64,000 bases of DNA from assembly GCA_963752475.1 (NCBI GenBank), contig CAVVYR010000005.1, positions 1-64,000 of the forward strand, given 5' to 3'. The position numbers and the translations under genes were made by a program. Under the pieces are notes generated by a model that searched no databases, was not told the DNA's origin, and was given only the letters and a program-made list of their open reading frames with translations. Positions 29,588 through 40,334 of this stretch are shown here, piece by piece. The stretch comes from an uncultured Chloroflexia bacterium. Lineage in GTDB: Bacteria > Chloroflexota > Limnocylindria > Limnocylindrales > CSP1-4. Numbering within the stretch: position 1 is the stretch's first letter; each line of letters opens with the position of its first letter.

Positions 29588-31450
29588 GTGGCATCGAACC
29601 CGATCTTGCCGTCTGTCGGATCAGCCAACGCGAAGCTCCTGGCCGAGCTTCCGTTCGACGACACCCAGGACTTCGAGGACGCCCGACGCGGCCTCATCGG
29701 TCGGCTCGAGCCATGCGTCGTCCACGACGCCGACGGTCGAGTGGTCTGGGACAACGAGTCCTACCGTGCCTTCCTGGATGGCCCGGCGCCCGACAGCGCC
29801 AACCCCAGCCTCTGGCGCCAGTCGCGACTGAATGCCATCGACGGCCTGTTCGAGGTCGTCCCCGGCATCTACCAGGCGCGTGGCTTCGATCTCTCGAACA
29901 TCACCTTCGTCGAGGGCGAGACCGGCGTGCTCGTCATCGACCCCCTCGTCTCGTCCGAGACCGCCGCCGCGGCGCTCGCGCTCTACCGGCGGCATCGCGG
30001 TGATCGACCCGTGGTCGGCGTCATCTACAGCCACAGCCACGTCGACCACTTCGGCGGCGTCAAGGGCGTGACCAGCCAGGAGGACGTGGACGCTGGCCGC
30101 TGCGTCGTGCTCGCTCCTGACGGGTTCATGGAGCACGCCGCCTCGGAGAACGTGTACGCGGGGACGGCGATGATGCGGCGCTCCGGCTACATGTTCGGGG
30201 CCGCCCTGGAGCGCGGACCGGCGGGGCAGATCGGGACCGGCCTGGGCCAGACGAACTCGACCGGCACCGTGACGCTCATCGCACCCACCGACACGATCAC
30301 GACCACGGGCGAGACGCGCGTGGTCGACGGCATCCGGATGGAGTTCCAGAACACGCCCGGTACCGAGGCGCCGGCGGAGATGAACACGCTCTTCCCCGAC
30401 CACGGCGCACTCTGGATGGCCGAGAACGCCACCCACGTGCTCCACAACATCCTGACCATCCGGGGCGCGCTCGTGCGCGACGCTCGTGTCTGGGCTCGCT
30501 ACCTGACCGAGGCCATCGACCTCTACGGCGAGCGGATGGACGTGGTGTTCGCCTCCCACCACTGGCCCACCTGGGGTCGCGAGCGGGCCATCAGGTTCCT
30601 GTCGGAGCAGCGTGACCTCTATGCGTACCTCCACGACCAGACCCTCCGCATGCTCAATCAGGGTCTCAATGGTGCCGAGATCGCCGAGGCCATCCAGATG
30701 CCACCAGCCCTCGAGGAAACCTGGAACACCCGCGGCTACTACGGCTCGGTGAGCCACAACGTGAAAGCCATCTACCAGCGCTACATGGGCTGGTACGACG
30801 GCAACCCCGCGCGGCTGTGGCAGCACACGCCAGAGGAGCAGGCGAAGCGATATGTCGCCGCCATGGGTGGCATCGATGACGTCGTCGCCCAGGCGCGGAC
30901 GGCCTACGACTCGGGCGACCTTCGGTGGGCGGCGGAGTTGCTGGACCGCGCCATCTTCGCCGATCCCGGGCACGCGGAAGCGAGGGCGCTCCAGGCCGAC
31001 ACCTTCGAGCAACTCGCCTTCGGGGCAGAGAACGGGTCCTGGCGCAATGCGTACCTCGCGGGCGCCACGGAACTCCGCCAAGGCCCCTTCGGGACGCCGG
31101 TCACGACCTCACCGGACCTGCTGCGCGCCCTCACCCCCGAGATGATCCTCGATGCCATCGCCATCCGGGTCAACGGGCCCAAGGCCTGGGACGAGCAGTT
31201 GTCCATCGGCATCACCCTGGCGGACCTGGGCCGGTCCTGGCGCCTCGACCTGCACAACGGCGTCCTCATCCATCGCGAGACTGGGGTCGAAGGGGCGGAT
31301 GTCGTACTTCGGCTGCCCGCGGCCGGGCTGCCGAGCCTGCTCGCGGGGCAGATGGACGGCATCGACATCGACGGCGACCAGGGTGTCCTGGGGCGGCTAA
31401 TGGCAGTCCTCGACGAGCCTGACCCTGATTTCGCCATCGTGACGCCATAG
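29588..31450 (+). CDS. Alkyl sulfatase (SdsA1-like; MBL fold, dimerisation and SCP2 domains)
   Basis: ANPSLWRQS, HSHVDHFGG, ASHHWP and RGYYGSVSHN. Confidence 0.95.
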   Translation: MASNPILPSVGSANAKLLAELPFDDTQDFEDARRGLIGRLEPCVVHDADGRVVWDNESYRAFLDGPAPDSANPSLWRQSRLNAIDGLFEVVPGIYQARGFDLSNITFVEGETGVLVIDPLVSSETAAAALALYRRHRGDRPVVGVIYSHSHVDHFGGVKGVTSQEDVDAGRCVVLAPDGFMEHAASENVYAGTAMMRRSGYMFGAALERGPAGQIGTGLGQTNSTGTVTLIAPTDTITTTGETRVVDGIRMEFQNTPGTEAPAEMNTLFPDHGALWMAENATHVLHNILTIRGALVRDARVWARYLTEAIDLYGERMDVVFASHHWPTWGRERAIRFLSEQRDLYAYLHDQTLRMLNQGLNGAEIAEAIQMPPALEETWNTRGYYGSVSHNVKAIYQRYMGWYDGNPARLWQHTPEEQAKRYVAAMGGIDDVVAQARTAYDSGDLRWAAELLDRAIFADPGHAEARALQADTFEQLAFGAENGSWRNAYLAGATELRQGPFGTPVTTSPDLLRALTPEMILDAIAIRVNGPKAWDEQLSIGITLADLGRSWRLDLHNGVLIHRETGVEGADVVLRLPAAGLPSLLAGQMDGIDIDGDQGVLGRLMAVLDEPDPDFAIVTP

Positions 31451-31477
31451 CGCCCAGCGGCCGCGGAGCCCGGGGGC

Positions 31478-32338
31478 CTAGCCCTCCGCTTCGAGTGCTC
31501 CGGCGGGCGTCTCCAGGCGCACCGCGATCTCCCGTAGGCGGATGAGCTCCTGGGCATAGCCGGGGAGCGTGGCCAGGAGCTCGATATAGGCCAGCACGTA
31601 GATGAGCCCCGAGATCACGAGGCCGATCTCGGGTTCGCCACCGACGATGACGACGAGCGAGCAAACGAGGAACACAGCGGCCCCGGCGGCCACGATCGTG
31701 GTGTTGGCCGTGTCGAGGTCCCAGAGCTTGACGTCCCAGCGCACCAGGCGGGCGAAGTGCTCGCGCGTGGACGTCTCGTCATGCCCGAGTGCCGCGACCT
31801 GCCGCTCCAGCTCATCGTTGTAGCCCTCGTTTAGGCGCAGGTTGAGGCGTCCCGTGGCCGCGTAGACGATCACCACCAACACCAGCAGCGCGATGCAGGC
31901 GACGAGCAGCCTGGTATCGATCCCGGCCAGGATGAGCACGGTCCCGAGGATGCCCACGGCACCGGTCGTCAGATGCGGCACCGATACTTGGAAGAAGGCC
32001 ACGAGCTCCTCGACCAGTCCCGCGCGCGCCGCGACGACCGAGACGTCGCTCGACGCCGTCTTCTCTCGGGCGGCGACGTCGCCGGCCACGTCCTCGAACA
32101 TCGAAGCGTAGAGGCGAGCGTCGTAGACGCGGCGGATGGCCGAGACGGCGACGATCGCGACAGCGAGCCCCGCGAGTGCCGCCAGCCCGGCGTACGAGTC
32201 GGCCAGCAAGTCCTCCACCGCCAGGCCGATGACGAGGGGGGCCAACAGGTAGCCGAGGCCCTCGAGCAGGATGAGCGCCAGGGACAGGCCGATCCGCCAT
32301 CGGTAGCGACGAGCCAGAGACCGGACCGAGACCCGCAT
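31478..32338 (-). CDS. ABC-type six-TM domain protein (no ATPase domain)
   Basis: PLVIG.AV, RRVYDARLY and YNDELERQV motifs. Confidence 0.75.
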   Translation of the reverse strand: MRVSVRSLARRYRWRIGLSLALILLEGLGYLLAPLVIGLAVEDLLADSYAGLAALAGLAVAIVAVSAIRRVYDARLYASMFEDVAGDVAAREKTASSDVSVVAARAGLVEELVAFFQVSVPHLTTGAVGILGTVLILAGIDTRLLVACIALLVLVVIVYAATGRLNLRLNEGYNDELERQVAALGHDETSTREHFARLVRWDVKLWDLDTANTTIVAAGAAVFLVCSLVVIVGGEPEIGLVISGLIYVLAYIELLATLPGYAQELIRLREIAVRLETPAGALEAEG

Positions 32339-33063
32339 CACGGAGGGCCGACAGCGCCATGGCGACGCCACTCCACCACCAGCGTCACGGCGCTGACCAG
32401 GAAGACCCAGAGCGGGAAGAGCAGCACGACCCACTGCAGGAACGAGAGGCTCAGCAGCATCACCAGGCCGACGGCATAGCCCACGAGCGCCAGGAGGTGC
32501 GGCAGCGCACGCGAACGCCAGATGATCGTCGAGGTCACCAGCACGAACACGGCCGCGGCTCGGGCCGCAAGGACGAAGAGGAACGAGAAGGCGGATGAGC
32601 GGACCGCCTCGAGCCCCGCGGTCGTGAGCGGCGGGGCGGCGTCGAAGCGGTTGCCCGCGACGAGGCTGGCGAACTGCGCGGCGCCGGCCCAGTACATGGC
32701 CACGAAGAGCAGGCCGCTACCAAGGAAGACGGTCGCGAAGAGCTGGTCCTCGCGCGTGCCGATGCGGGAGCGGATGAGGCCGATGAACCAGAGGAAGGCG
32801 ATGCCGGCGAAGGGCGCCACATAGAGGGCCGCGACCGTCACAGATGCGAGTGCATTGGCCTCGTACCAGTCAACGAAGGCGGTTTCGCCGAGGCCCTCGG
32901 GTGGCCGGGCACTGACGAGGAAGAGGGACGCGACGAAGAGCAGCGAGAAGGCCATGCCGGCGATCCCGGCCGAGCGGAGGACGAGGTGTGGTGTGCTGGC
33001 GCCGGCGTCGATGTCGGCCCCGCGAGAGGCGTCGCGCGTGTCGCTTCGATCAAACGGCGCCAT
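32338..33063 (-). CDS. Integral membrane protein
   Basis: About 6 TM helices; PFAGIAFLWFIG and EDQLFATVFLGSGLLF. Confidence 0.8.
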   Translation of the reverse strand: MAPFDRSDTRDASRGADIDAGASTPHLVLRSAGIAGMAFSLLFVASLFLVSARPPEGLGETAFVDWYEANALASVTVAALYVAPFAGIAFLWFIGLIRSRIGTREDQLFATVFLGSGLLFVAMYWAGAAQFASLVAGNRFDAAPPLTTAGLEAVRSSAFSFLFVLAARAAAVFVLVTSTIIWRSRALPHLLALVGYAVGLVMLLSLSFLQWVVLLFPLWVFLVSAVTLVVEWRRHGAVGPP

Positions 33064-34747
33064 CGTGGCTGCCTCCCTCCTCGCTCGATGCTGCCGACCG
33101 GGCAGCGACCCAGGCCTCGGCGTCAGCATGGGCGAGGCGGAGTGCCGCTCCCACGCGTTCGCTGCCGGCATACACGTTCTCGGACCCGATGAGCGCGGTG
33201 ATCCCGGCTACGCGGAGCTGCTCCTCCACGCGCTCGTTGGTGGACACGATGACGAGCTTGCTGCCGACCGCACCCAGGCTGACAGCGTACCGGCGCAGCA
33301 GACCCAGGAAGGTAACCCCCAGCTCCACGCGGCCACGTACGCGGATGATCACGACACTGCCTCGCGATGTCGCATCCGGCGTGGGCAAGAGCGTCTCCAG
33401 CACCGGCGCTGCGGCGAAGAAGAGGCTGCCGTAGGGCTGGAGCACCACGACCTCATGGGCTGCCAGGCGAGCCGGGGGCTCGGTCTCGGTGGCATGCCCT
33501 TGCTCGTCGAGCTCCCAGCGCTTCATCGTCACCTGGTTCGACTGCCGTACGACATGGAGGATGAGAGACAGGCCGACCCCGACGAGCACCGCGTGCTGCA
33601 TCGGGATCACCAGTGTCAGCACGAAGGTCGTCGCCACGACGACCTTCTGGATGGGACCCGTGCGCCAGACCGACCACACGTCCGCGGGCTTGACGGTACG
33701 GAAGCCGACCACGATGAGCAGTCCTGCCAGCGACGGCATAGCGAGGCTGCCGACGACATCCCCGAAGACCACGATGACGATGGCCATGACGAGGCTGGTC
33801 AGCAGCAAGGCCAGACGAGAGGCCGCGCCGGCGTGTTTGATGATGGCCGTGGCGGAGAGCGATCCACCGACCGGCATGCCCTGGAATACGCCAGCCGCCA
33901 CGTTGGCCACGCCCTGGCCCGTGAAGTCGCGTGACGTGTCCGGGTAGCGGCCGTCGGGGTTGGGGAAGCTGGCCGAGATGCTGGCACCCTGCACCAGCCC
34001 CACGAACGCCAGGGAGATGGCTGGGAGCAACAGGGCCGGAACGAGCGAGAGGTCGGGCATGACTGGCAGCGGCAGGGAGCCGGTGGCCACGCCGAGGTCA
34101 TCGATCGTGGCGACGCCGCCCCAGCCCAGCGCCCAAGGGATGGCGGATGCGACGACGACGGCGACTACCAAGCTCATGGCGCCTAGGCGCGTGCGTCCGA
34201 TGAGGACGATGAGCGCGATCGTGAGGAGGCCGACGCCGAGCGACGGCAGATGGATCTCAGCCGGGCTCAGGAACGTGCCGATGGCACGCGCGATGCGATT
34301 GGGTCCGTCGGCGGCATAGCCGGTCAGATCGGCCAGCTGGCCGAGCACGATGTTGACGCCGACCGCGTTGATGAAGCCGACCATGACCGCGTTGGAGACG
34401 AAGCGCATGATCGAACCGAGGCGCAACAGGCCCACCACGAGCATGATCACGCCGGTGACCACCGCGAGCGTGAAGAGGGCCACTGCGGGATCGAGGGCGG
34501 TGTGGACCTCGGGGATATCCGCGATGACGACGGCCATCGCGCCGGTGCCCTGGACGGCCATGAACGCCGAGCTCGTGACCAAGGCGCCCGCGGCCGGACC
34601 CACCAGATACGCGTACAGCCCCGCAAGCGGGTTCACGCCCGCCAGCAACCCGTTCGCCAGCCCTGCCGGAACGCTCTGGATACCGAGCACGAGCGCAGCC
34701 ACGGCGTCGCGCTGGAGGGCCGGGCGGAACGTGGCGAGTCGGCTCAA
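33050..34747 (-). CDS. SulP-family anion transporter with STAS domain
   Basis: VP.GLA.GLLAGVNP..GLY, QGVAN.AAG.FQGMP.GGS and YGSLFFA. Confidence 0.92.
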   Translation of the reverse strand: MSRLATFRPALQRDAVAALVLGIQSVPAGLANGLLAGVNPLAGLYAYLVGPAAGALVTSSAFMAVQGTGAMAVVIADIPEVHTALDPAVALFTLAVVTGVIMLVVGLLRLGSIMRFVSNAVMVGFINAVGVNIVLGQLADLTGYAADGPNRIARAIGTFLSPAEIHLPSLGVGLLTIALIVLIGRTRLGAMSLVVAVVVASAIPWALGWGGVATIDDLGVATGSLPLPVMPDLSLVPALLLPAISLAFVGLVQGASISASFPNPDGRYPDTSRDFTGQGVANVAAGVFQGMPVGGSLSATAIIKHAGAASRLALLLTSLVMAIVIVVFGDVVGSLAMPSLAGLLIVVGFRTVKPADVWSVWRTGPIQKVVVATTFVLTLVIPMQHAVLVGVGLSLILHVVRQSNQVTMKRWELDEQGHATETEPPARLAAHEVVVLQPYGSLFFAAAPVLETLLPTPDATSRGSVVIIRVRGRVELGVTFLGLLRRYAVSLGAVGSKLVIVSTNERVEEQLRVAGITALIGSENVYAGSERVGAALRLAHADAEAWVAARSAASSEEGGSHDGAV

Positions 34748-35084
34748 GCGGTGTCCCCTCGATCGTAGTGGGCAACAGATGCGCGGGCCTTGGCCCGCAC
34801 ACGGGGGAGTCTAGGATCACTGGCGTTCCTTGGGGGCAGCTGAGTCCGACGACTTCGAGCGCGCCGCTGACGAACACCAGGTGACCGCACGGGCATTCGG
34901 CACCATGCCCGCCGATCGGGCCGTCCGGTCCACGGCTCGACGAGGAAGCGAGCTCGGTCGTGGCGAGCGGGCTAGGAGCCGACACGCCGTGGTGGTGGAT
35001 GCGCGTGGGACGGTGAGAGCAACGTCAGCCGGTCATCTGACGTGGACTGACGAGCGCGACGACACGCCTGGACTGGCCCTTGGG

Positions 35085-35468
35085 CTAGCGCTCGTCGCCG
35101 TAGGCTCGGGTGATGATCTCCAGCATGTGTCCGCTGGGGTCATCGAAGTAGACGCCGCGGCCGCCGTCATGGGTGTTGATCTCACCTGGCTGGCGATGAC
35201 CCGGATCGGCCCAGAAGTCCAGACCTCGCTCGCGGATGCGGCCGAAGAGCCAGTCGAACTCGTCCTCGCTGACGAGGAAGGCGTAGTGCTGCGGAGATCC
35301 CGCCCCCCGTGCGTCGAAGAAGTCGAGGGTGACCTCGTTGGCCAGTTCGACGGTGAGGAACGAGCCCCACGCGACCGGCTCGGTCAGCCCGAACAGGTCG
35401 ACCAGCAGATCGGCTGAGGCCTGCCTGTCGGCTACGTACACGATGGTGTGGTTCAGCTTGATGGTCAT
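35085..35468 (-). CDS. VOC/glyoxalase family protein
   Basis: LNHTIV, QHYAFLVSEDEFD and GRGVYFDDPSGH.LE. Confidence 0.92.
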   Translation of the reverse strand: MTIKLNHTIVYVADRQASADLLVDLFGLTEPVAWGSFLTVELANEVTLDFFDARGAGSPQHYAFLVSEDEFDWLFGRIRERGLDFWADPGHRQPGEINTHDGGRGVYFDDPSGHMLEIITRAYGDER

Positions 35469-35653
35469 GCCTGCTCGACCTCCTGCTCCGACCTCCACCC
35501 CCCACGACCGCACGACTCTACCTGCCCTCGGAGCCCGAAAGGCTCGCAAAGGCCCGGCCCTGACTCACCCACTCCTCGCGACCGGCATGGCGGCACGAAG
35601 AATGAGGCCCGCCCCTCGCGGGACGGGCCTTGACTGTGAACGTGACCGCGAAC

Positions 35654-36934
35654 CTACTCCGTGCCCGCCACGGCCTCAGGGGTGATGACATAGAGGGCTC
35701 CATCGGCTCGTAGCCAGACGGAGCCGTCGGGTGCGACGTCCCAGTCACCGACGTCGTGACCCGCCAGGAAGTAGTGCCACGTCGAACCGTCGAACCGGGC
35801 GATGCCGTCGAAGGGGAGGTCCTTCGCGTCTCCCCGCCTGACCCAGGTTTCGGGCGCCACCACCCACAGTCCGCCGTCCGGGGCCACCTCGAGCTGGGGG
35901 CTCCAGCTCCACGTCAGCGAAGGCACGCCGTCGTCAGGTCCCCAGCGCTGCCACTCCGCCCCGTCGTAGCGCATGAGGAAGGAGTCCCCCGGCGCCGCGA
36001 TGGTGCCTCCTCCACCGATGCCCGCGTCCCACGTCGCGGTCTCACCATCGACGCGGGGTTCGACGCCCGCGTACCAGACGGTGCCGTCGGACCCGATCTC
36101 GACCGCACTGTTGCCGAGTGCGTACACCAATGCATCGGGCGTGACCTCCAGCCATTCGCTTCCGTCATCCCACTTCTTGAGGCGCAAGAGCCTGTCCTCT
36201 CCGCGCACGTACCGTGGGCCTTCGTCGTCGAAGAGGACCTCATGGCCGAGATGGGGAGGAACCCACCAGATGCCCCCGCTCTCAGTGACGACGAGGTCGC
36301 CGTAGGGCAGACCCTCCGTGTAATCGCCGAGCGTGGGCCTCGCGAACCGCTGCCACCCATCGGTCCCCAGTCGCCTGATGACGAGTCGGTTGCCGTCGTC
36401 CTTCTCGATGGCGACCCAGGCGGTCCCGTCGGGCGCGACCGTGAAGTCGGGGTCATGCGCACTATCGGGGACGCGGGTACGCAACCGCCTGGTCCATGTC
36501 CCGTCGTCGAGCGAGTGGATGAGATAGCGGTCGTTCCGTGTTCCAGACGCCCAGACGGTCCCGTCGGAGGACACCGCGAGGCTCGAATACCCAGGCGTTG
36601 GCACTTGGAATGACTCTTCAGAGCCGAGGCGAAAGAACGAAGCCCGTCGCCTCGGGGTTTCCTCACCCTGCTCGAGGAACAGGATGCTCCCGTCGTGTCC
36701 AGCGACGATGTCGTTGAAGTCGGTGTCGTATCCGAACCACGTTCGTACCCCATCGCTGACGACCCGGAATACCCCCGGCTCGACCTCCTCGACGGTCAGC
36801 TCGGCGCCGGGCAGGAGGTCGGTACGGACCGATGTCGCTGGTGCCTCGTTCGTGGTCGGGGTCTGGGCCGTGACCGGCACCGCAAGTGCCGCGAGCAGCA
36901 GGATCGTGAGCGGGAACGTGGACAGCCGACGCAT
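35654..36934 (-). CDS. Secreted beta-propeller-like protein
   Basis: Signal peptide; repeated VAPDG.VW and RFDG..W. Confidence 0.75.
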   Translation of the reverse strand: MRRLSTFPLTILLLAALAVPVTAQTPTTNEAPATSVRTDLLPGAELTVEEVEPGVFRVVSDGVRTWFGYDTDFNDIVAGHDGSILFLEQGEETPRRRASFFRLGSEESFQVPTPGYSSLAVSSDGTVWASGTRNDRYLIHSLDDGTWTRRLRTRVPDSAHDPDFTVAPDGTAWVAIEKDDGNRLVIRRLGTDGWQRFARPTLGDYTEGLPYGDLVVTESGGIWWVPPHLGHEVLFDDEGPRYVRGEDRLLRLKKWDDGSEWLEVTPDALVYALGNSAVEIGSDGTVWYAGVEPRVDGETATWDAGIGGGGTIAAPGDSFLMRYDGAEWQRWGPDDGVPSLTWSWSPQLEVAPDGGLWVVAPETWVRRGDAKDLPFDGIARFDGSTWHYFLAGHDVGDWDVAPDGSVWLRADGALYVITPEAVAGTE

Positions 36935-37167
36935 CTCGATACCCCCTTGCGTCTACGTGTCTCTATCGTCCACCCAAGGGTCAACCACCGCCTCGACACA
37001 CGCCCATCGTGTCGAAGGCAGCCGAGATGGCGGGTGGTGTGGCTTCGTTCGCCATCCCTTCAGCAGGCCGATGGCGACGACCGGGGTGTGCCGAGACGTG
37101 GAGGGCGTCTTGGTCGTACAGTCCCTCGTGAGGTCGGGGCAGCAGAGCCAGGGAAGGAAGGCCAAGA

Positions 37168-37536
37168 ATGGATGAGCAGCAAGTCCGCGAGCGCGCCGAG
37201 GCCGTGTGTGCCGCGCTCGTCGCCGGGGACATCTCACGCATGAGCGAGGACATCAGCCATGAGCTGAAACAGAACCTGGGCGAAGTGCTGGCGCTCCTCC
37301 CGCTCCCCGCGACGGAGGCAAACGTGGAGTCGGTCAAGCACGGGGGAGCCGCGTACGTGGTGGTCGTACGGCTCGTCGGTGAGAGCGAGGATGTCCGGAT
37401 CCAGTCCCGGTGGAAGGACCGCGGCGGGCGTCCGACGATCGTGGAGATGAGCCACCTCAGCCGCGAGGAGCGCGCTGACTCCGTCGACGCGCCCTCGGGC
37501 GATGCCGGCGCCGCCGACGAGGAGCAGCCAACCTGA
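37168..37536 (+). CDS. Hypothetical protein
   Basis: Globular ORF with GGAAGG RBS. Confidence 0.65.
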   Translation: MDEQQVRERAEAVCAALVAGDISRMSEDISHELKQNLGEVLALLPLPATEANVESVKHGGAAYVVVVRLVGESEDVRIQSRWKDRGGRPTIVEMSHLSREERADSVDAPSGDAGAADEEQPT

Positions 37537-37819
37537 ATGGTCGGAGGCGCTGGTCGATACATCGGCGTCGCGGAGGCACCCGGCCATGTCGATCGTGGCG
37601 CTACCTGACAGAGGCGTACAGCACGCACGCGCGGATCGTGGAACGCGATCACGACCCGACGCAGCACTACCGGCGCAGCTCGAGGGCGGAGGTCACACAG
37701 GTGGGTCTGGTCGGGCGCTCCACGAACTAGGCACCGGACCCTTGCAGGCCAAGCCTGTCACTGGGCGTCCGGAGTCCCCCTCGATGAGATGACCGCTGCG
37801 CGGCGGACGATGTCCAGAG

Positions 37820-38119
37820 GGGATCGAAACGCTCTGCCGCACCTACCGAGTCAAGCGTTTGGCTGTCTTCGGTTCGGCCGTCCGGGAGGACTTCGACCCT
37901 GGCCGGAGCGATGTCGACTTCCTCGTCGAGTTCGAGTCGGACCCCGACCTCAACACCTTCCATGCGTACATGGGCCTGCGTCGCGAGCTGTCGCGTCTAG
38001 TGGAGCGTCCAGTCGACCTGGTCATGCCTTCTGGTGTACGCAACCGCTACTTCGCGCAGGAGATCGAGGCGACTCGCGAGCCCCTGTATGGCGCGGGATC
38101 CGAGAGCGCTCTCGGCTGA
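37820..38119 (+). CDS. Minimal nucleotidyltransferase (MntA-type antitoxin); 5' end uncertain or truncated
   Basis: IETLCRTYRVKRLAVFGSAVREDFDPGRSDVDFLVEF; in-frame stop at 37790 with no standard start before the conserved region. Confidence 0.8.
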   Translation, partial: GIETLCRTYRVKRLAVFGSAVREDFDPGRSDVDFLVEFESDPDLNTFHAYMGLRRELSRLVERPVDLVMPSGVRNRYFAQEIEATREPLYGAGSESALG

Positions 38120-38456
38120 CGTTCAGGATGCCGCACGATCCATCGAACACTTCCGGAGGGACCTCGACCTGGATGGCTTCCGTGCCGACGAGTTGGTGCG
38201 TGCCGCCGTCGAGCGCAAGTTCGAAATCATCGGTGAGGCGCTGAATCGGCTCAGCCGCGAGGAACCAAGACTCGCCGAGCGCATCCCGGACGTCGCGCGC
38301 ATCGTCGGGTTTCGCAACGTCCTCGCCCACGGCTATGACGTCGTCGACGACGAGGTCGTGTGGGACGCGATCACGACCGATCTGCCTGTGCTCTCCAGGA
38401 CGGTGGGTACGCTGCTCGCGGAACTCGAGGCCGAGGAAGGGCCGGGACGCGGGTGA
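38088..38456 (+). CDS. HEPN/DUF86 ribonuclease toxin (HepT-type)
   Basis: AVERKFEIIGEA and FRNVLAHGY (RX4H motif). Confidence 0.9.
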   Translation: MARDPRALSADVQDAARSIEHFRRDLDLDGFRADELVRAAVERKFEIIGEALNRLSREEPRLAERIPDVARIVGFRNVLAHGYDVVDDEVVWDAITTDLPVLSRTVGTLLAELEAEEGPGRG

Positions 38457-38495
38457 CGCCGGATATCGAGCCGCGCATGAAGCGCGCCAAGTGGA

Positions 38496-38511
38496 TGGTC
38501 GGGGCGAGAGG
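38496..38511 (-). repeat. tRNA-Pro 3'-end copy 1 (putative att core)
   Basis: TGGTCGGGGCGAGAGG is the reverse complement of CCTCTCGCCCCGACCA. Confidence 0.7.
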
Positions 38512-38752
38512 GCTAGAGCCTTCACACCGTCACCATCTTTGATCATCCCCGTCACGAACGTCCCGAGCCGCATCGACTGCGACTGGAAGACCGCGTGACG
38601 AAAGGCCCGATGCTGTCGCGAAGACGGGTCCCCGGCCCGAAGACCGAGAGACCCGTTTCGGTGACTGTGGTCGCTACCCGCCTAGTGGACTCGAGTTGCA
38701 GGCCCCTCGTGGGAAGGACCTCACCACGATCTGTCGAGGCAGCGCGATCGGG

Positions 38753-39281
38753 TTACTCGGTGGGCGCAGGCGGCTCGGGGAACGGTGGCGCCTCACCGAC
38801 GAAGACCGCACCCTCGACAGGGAACGGCCCGTCGCCGCCCGAGTCCACGATGAGGTAGAGGGTGTGCCCTTCGTAGTCTCCCTCGCCGGTGAGCACGACG
38901 GTGCTGATCTCGGTGTCATCCACCTCATCGCCGCCGTGAACGAGGGCGGTGCCCTGACCGGACCAGGCGCCACCGTCGTTCTCGATGCGCCATCCGAGCG
39001 TCCGGAACATGGTGATCGTGCTCCTGGACCCGACGGCGCTCCGCGTAGCAGATCCGGACGAGTACGCGATAGCACCAGGCGTCGAAGCGGCCCGGGTCGC
39101 GCAGCCGTGGCAGTTCACGCCAGATGGTGACGATGGCCTGCTGCGCCGACTCCTCGGCGAGGTCCATATCGCGGAGCACGCCGTACGCCATCTTGCGCAA
39201 GCGGATGGCGATGCTCTCAGCGATGCTGGCGAACGCCTGTTGGTCGCCCTGTTGTGCCCGGACGATGAGGTCCACATCCAT
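38753..39281 (-). pseudogene. Internally deleted ECF sigma / partner pair
   Basis: Sigma region 2 with no region 4, joined near 39000 to a C-terminus similar to that of 21905-22705. Confidence 0.75.
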
Positions 39282-39479
39282 CGGTATGCATGTCGTCCCC
39301 CCGACGGCCTCCCGTGTGTCTCTGGGCGCCTCGTCGGCGCGTGGTCACAGCGTAAGGGGGCGAAGTCTGCCGCAAGGTTCCGTTTTCACGGTCAGGTACC
39401 AGGCTGACGGTTCGATGGGCGCTCATCGGCGAGTTCACCGAGACTCAGGTACAGCGACACAAGCCCAGGTAGGTGGGAC

Positions 39480-39495
39480 TGGTCGGGGCGAGAGG
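39480..39495 (-). repeat. tRNA-Pro 3'-end copy 2 (putative att core)
   Basis: Identical 16-mer TGGTCGGGGCGAGAGG. Confidence 0.7.
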
Positions 39496-40334
39496 TCTCG
39501 GCCCTTCACTATCCCGATACTCGTCAAGGTGGCATCAAGGGCCCATGCCATCGGGTCAAACGAACCGAGTGCCTAGACCGAGGACCTGCTGTCTACGACA
39601 CAGGTAACGAGCAGTTCTCCGCGTCATGCGAGGTGCCGCAACGTGTGCGGCTCCAGCCCGGTTCGTCCGCCCTTGGTCACCGGGGTCCGGCTTGTAGCGT
39701 GCGCTTGGCTACACAGCCCTCTTGTTGGGCCAGCGCCTGTGCGAGCCGCTTGCCGGCTGCCGGGATGCTCGCTCCGCGAGGACAGTCACTGTCTGCCTGT
39801 GCGGTAGCCCGTGGCCGTAGGGTTCCGGCGTCGCGTAGCGGAGCGACCTCGCCGGACTCGCTACGGACGGCCGTGCGGGTGCCACGGCCGGAAGTCGGAT
39901 CGGCGGTTTGGGTAGCGTTGCCGTCGAGTCAAAGAACCGCACATCGGTCGCCCTGAGGTGATTGAAGAAGGGGTCTGCCGCGATGTAGTCAGCCCCGGTC
40001 ACGCTCTTCAACCACCTATGCTCGCGAGCCTCCGAGGCGAGCAGCCAATGCTCGCGCGTGAGCTGCTCTGCGGCCATGTGCCCTTCCCAGACCGAGGTGT
40101 CGACCCCGCTGAGGTTCCCGCCTTCCAGAGCGTCGAGCGCGCAGAGCGCGACCACATCGTCATCGAGCCTCGACACCGCTCGCCCGGTCCCACTAGAGAG
40201 GACGCCCAGAAAGGCGCTGCGCCCGTAAACACTCTACAGACCCTTGACGTGCAGGAAACGATAGGCTAGAGTTCTTGGACAAACCATGTACACCAGCACC
40301 ATTCTGTACAGTGCTTGAAGGGAGCCTGAACCAA

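Noticed and set aside
93-38456. Integron cassette array (TA, glyoxalase and acetyltransferase content)
   Set aside because: Genes are in mixed orientation, no recurring attC-like repeats were seen, and there is no IntI.
39709-40176. Minus-strand 155-aa ORF
   Set aside because: No recognisable motif and a low-complexity C-terminal half; possibly a gene fragment but not supportable.
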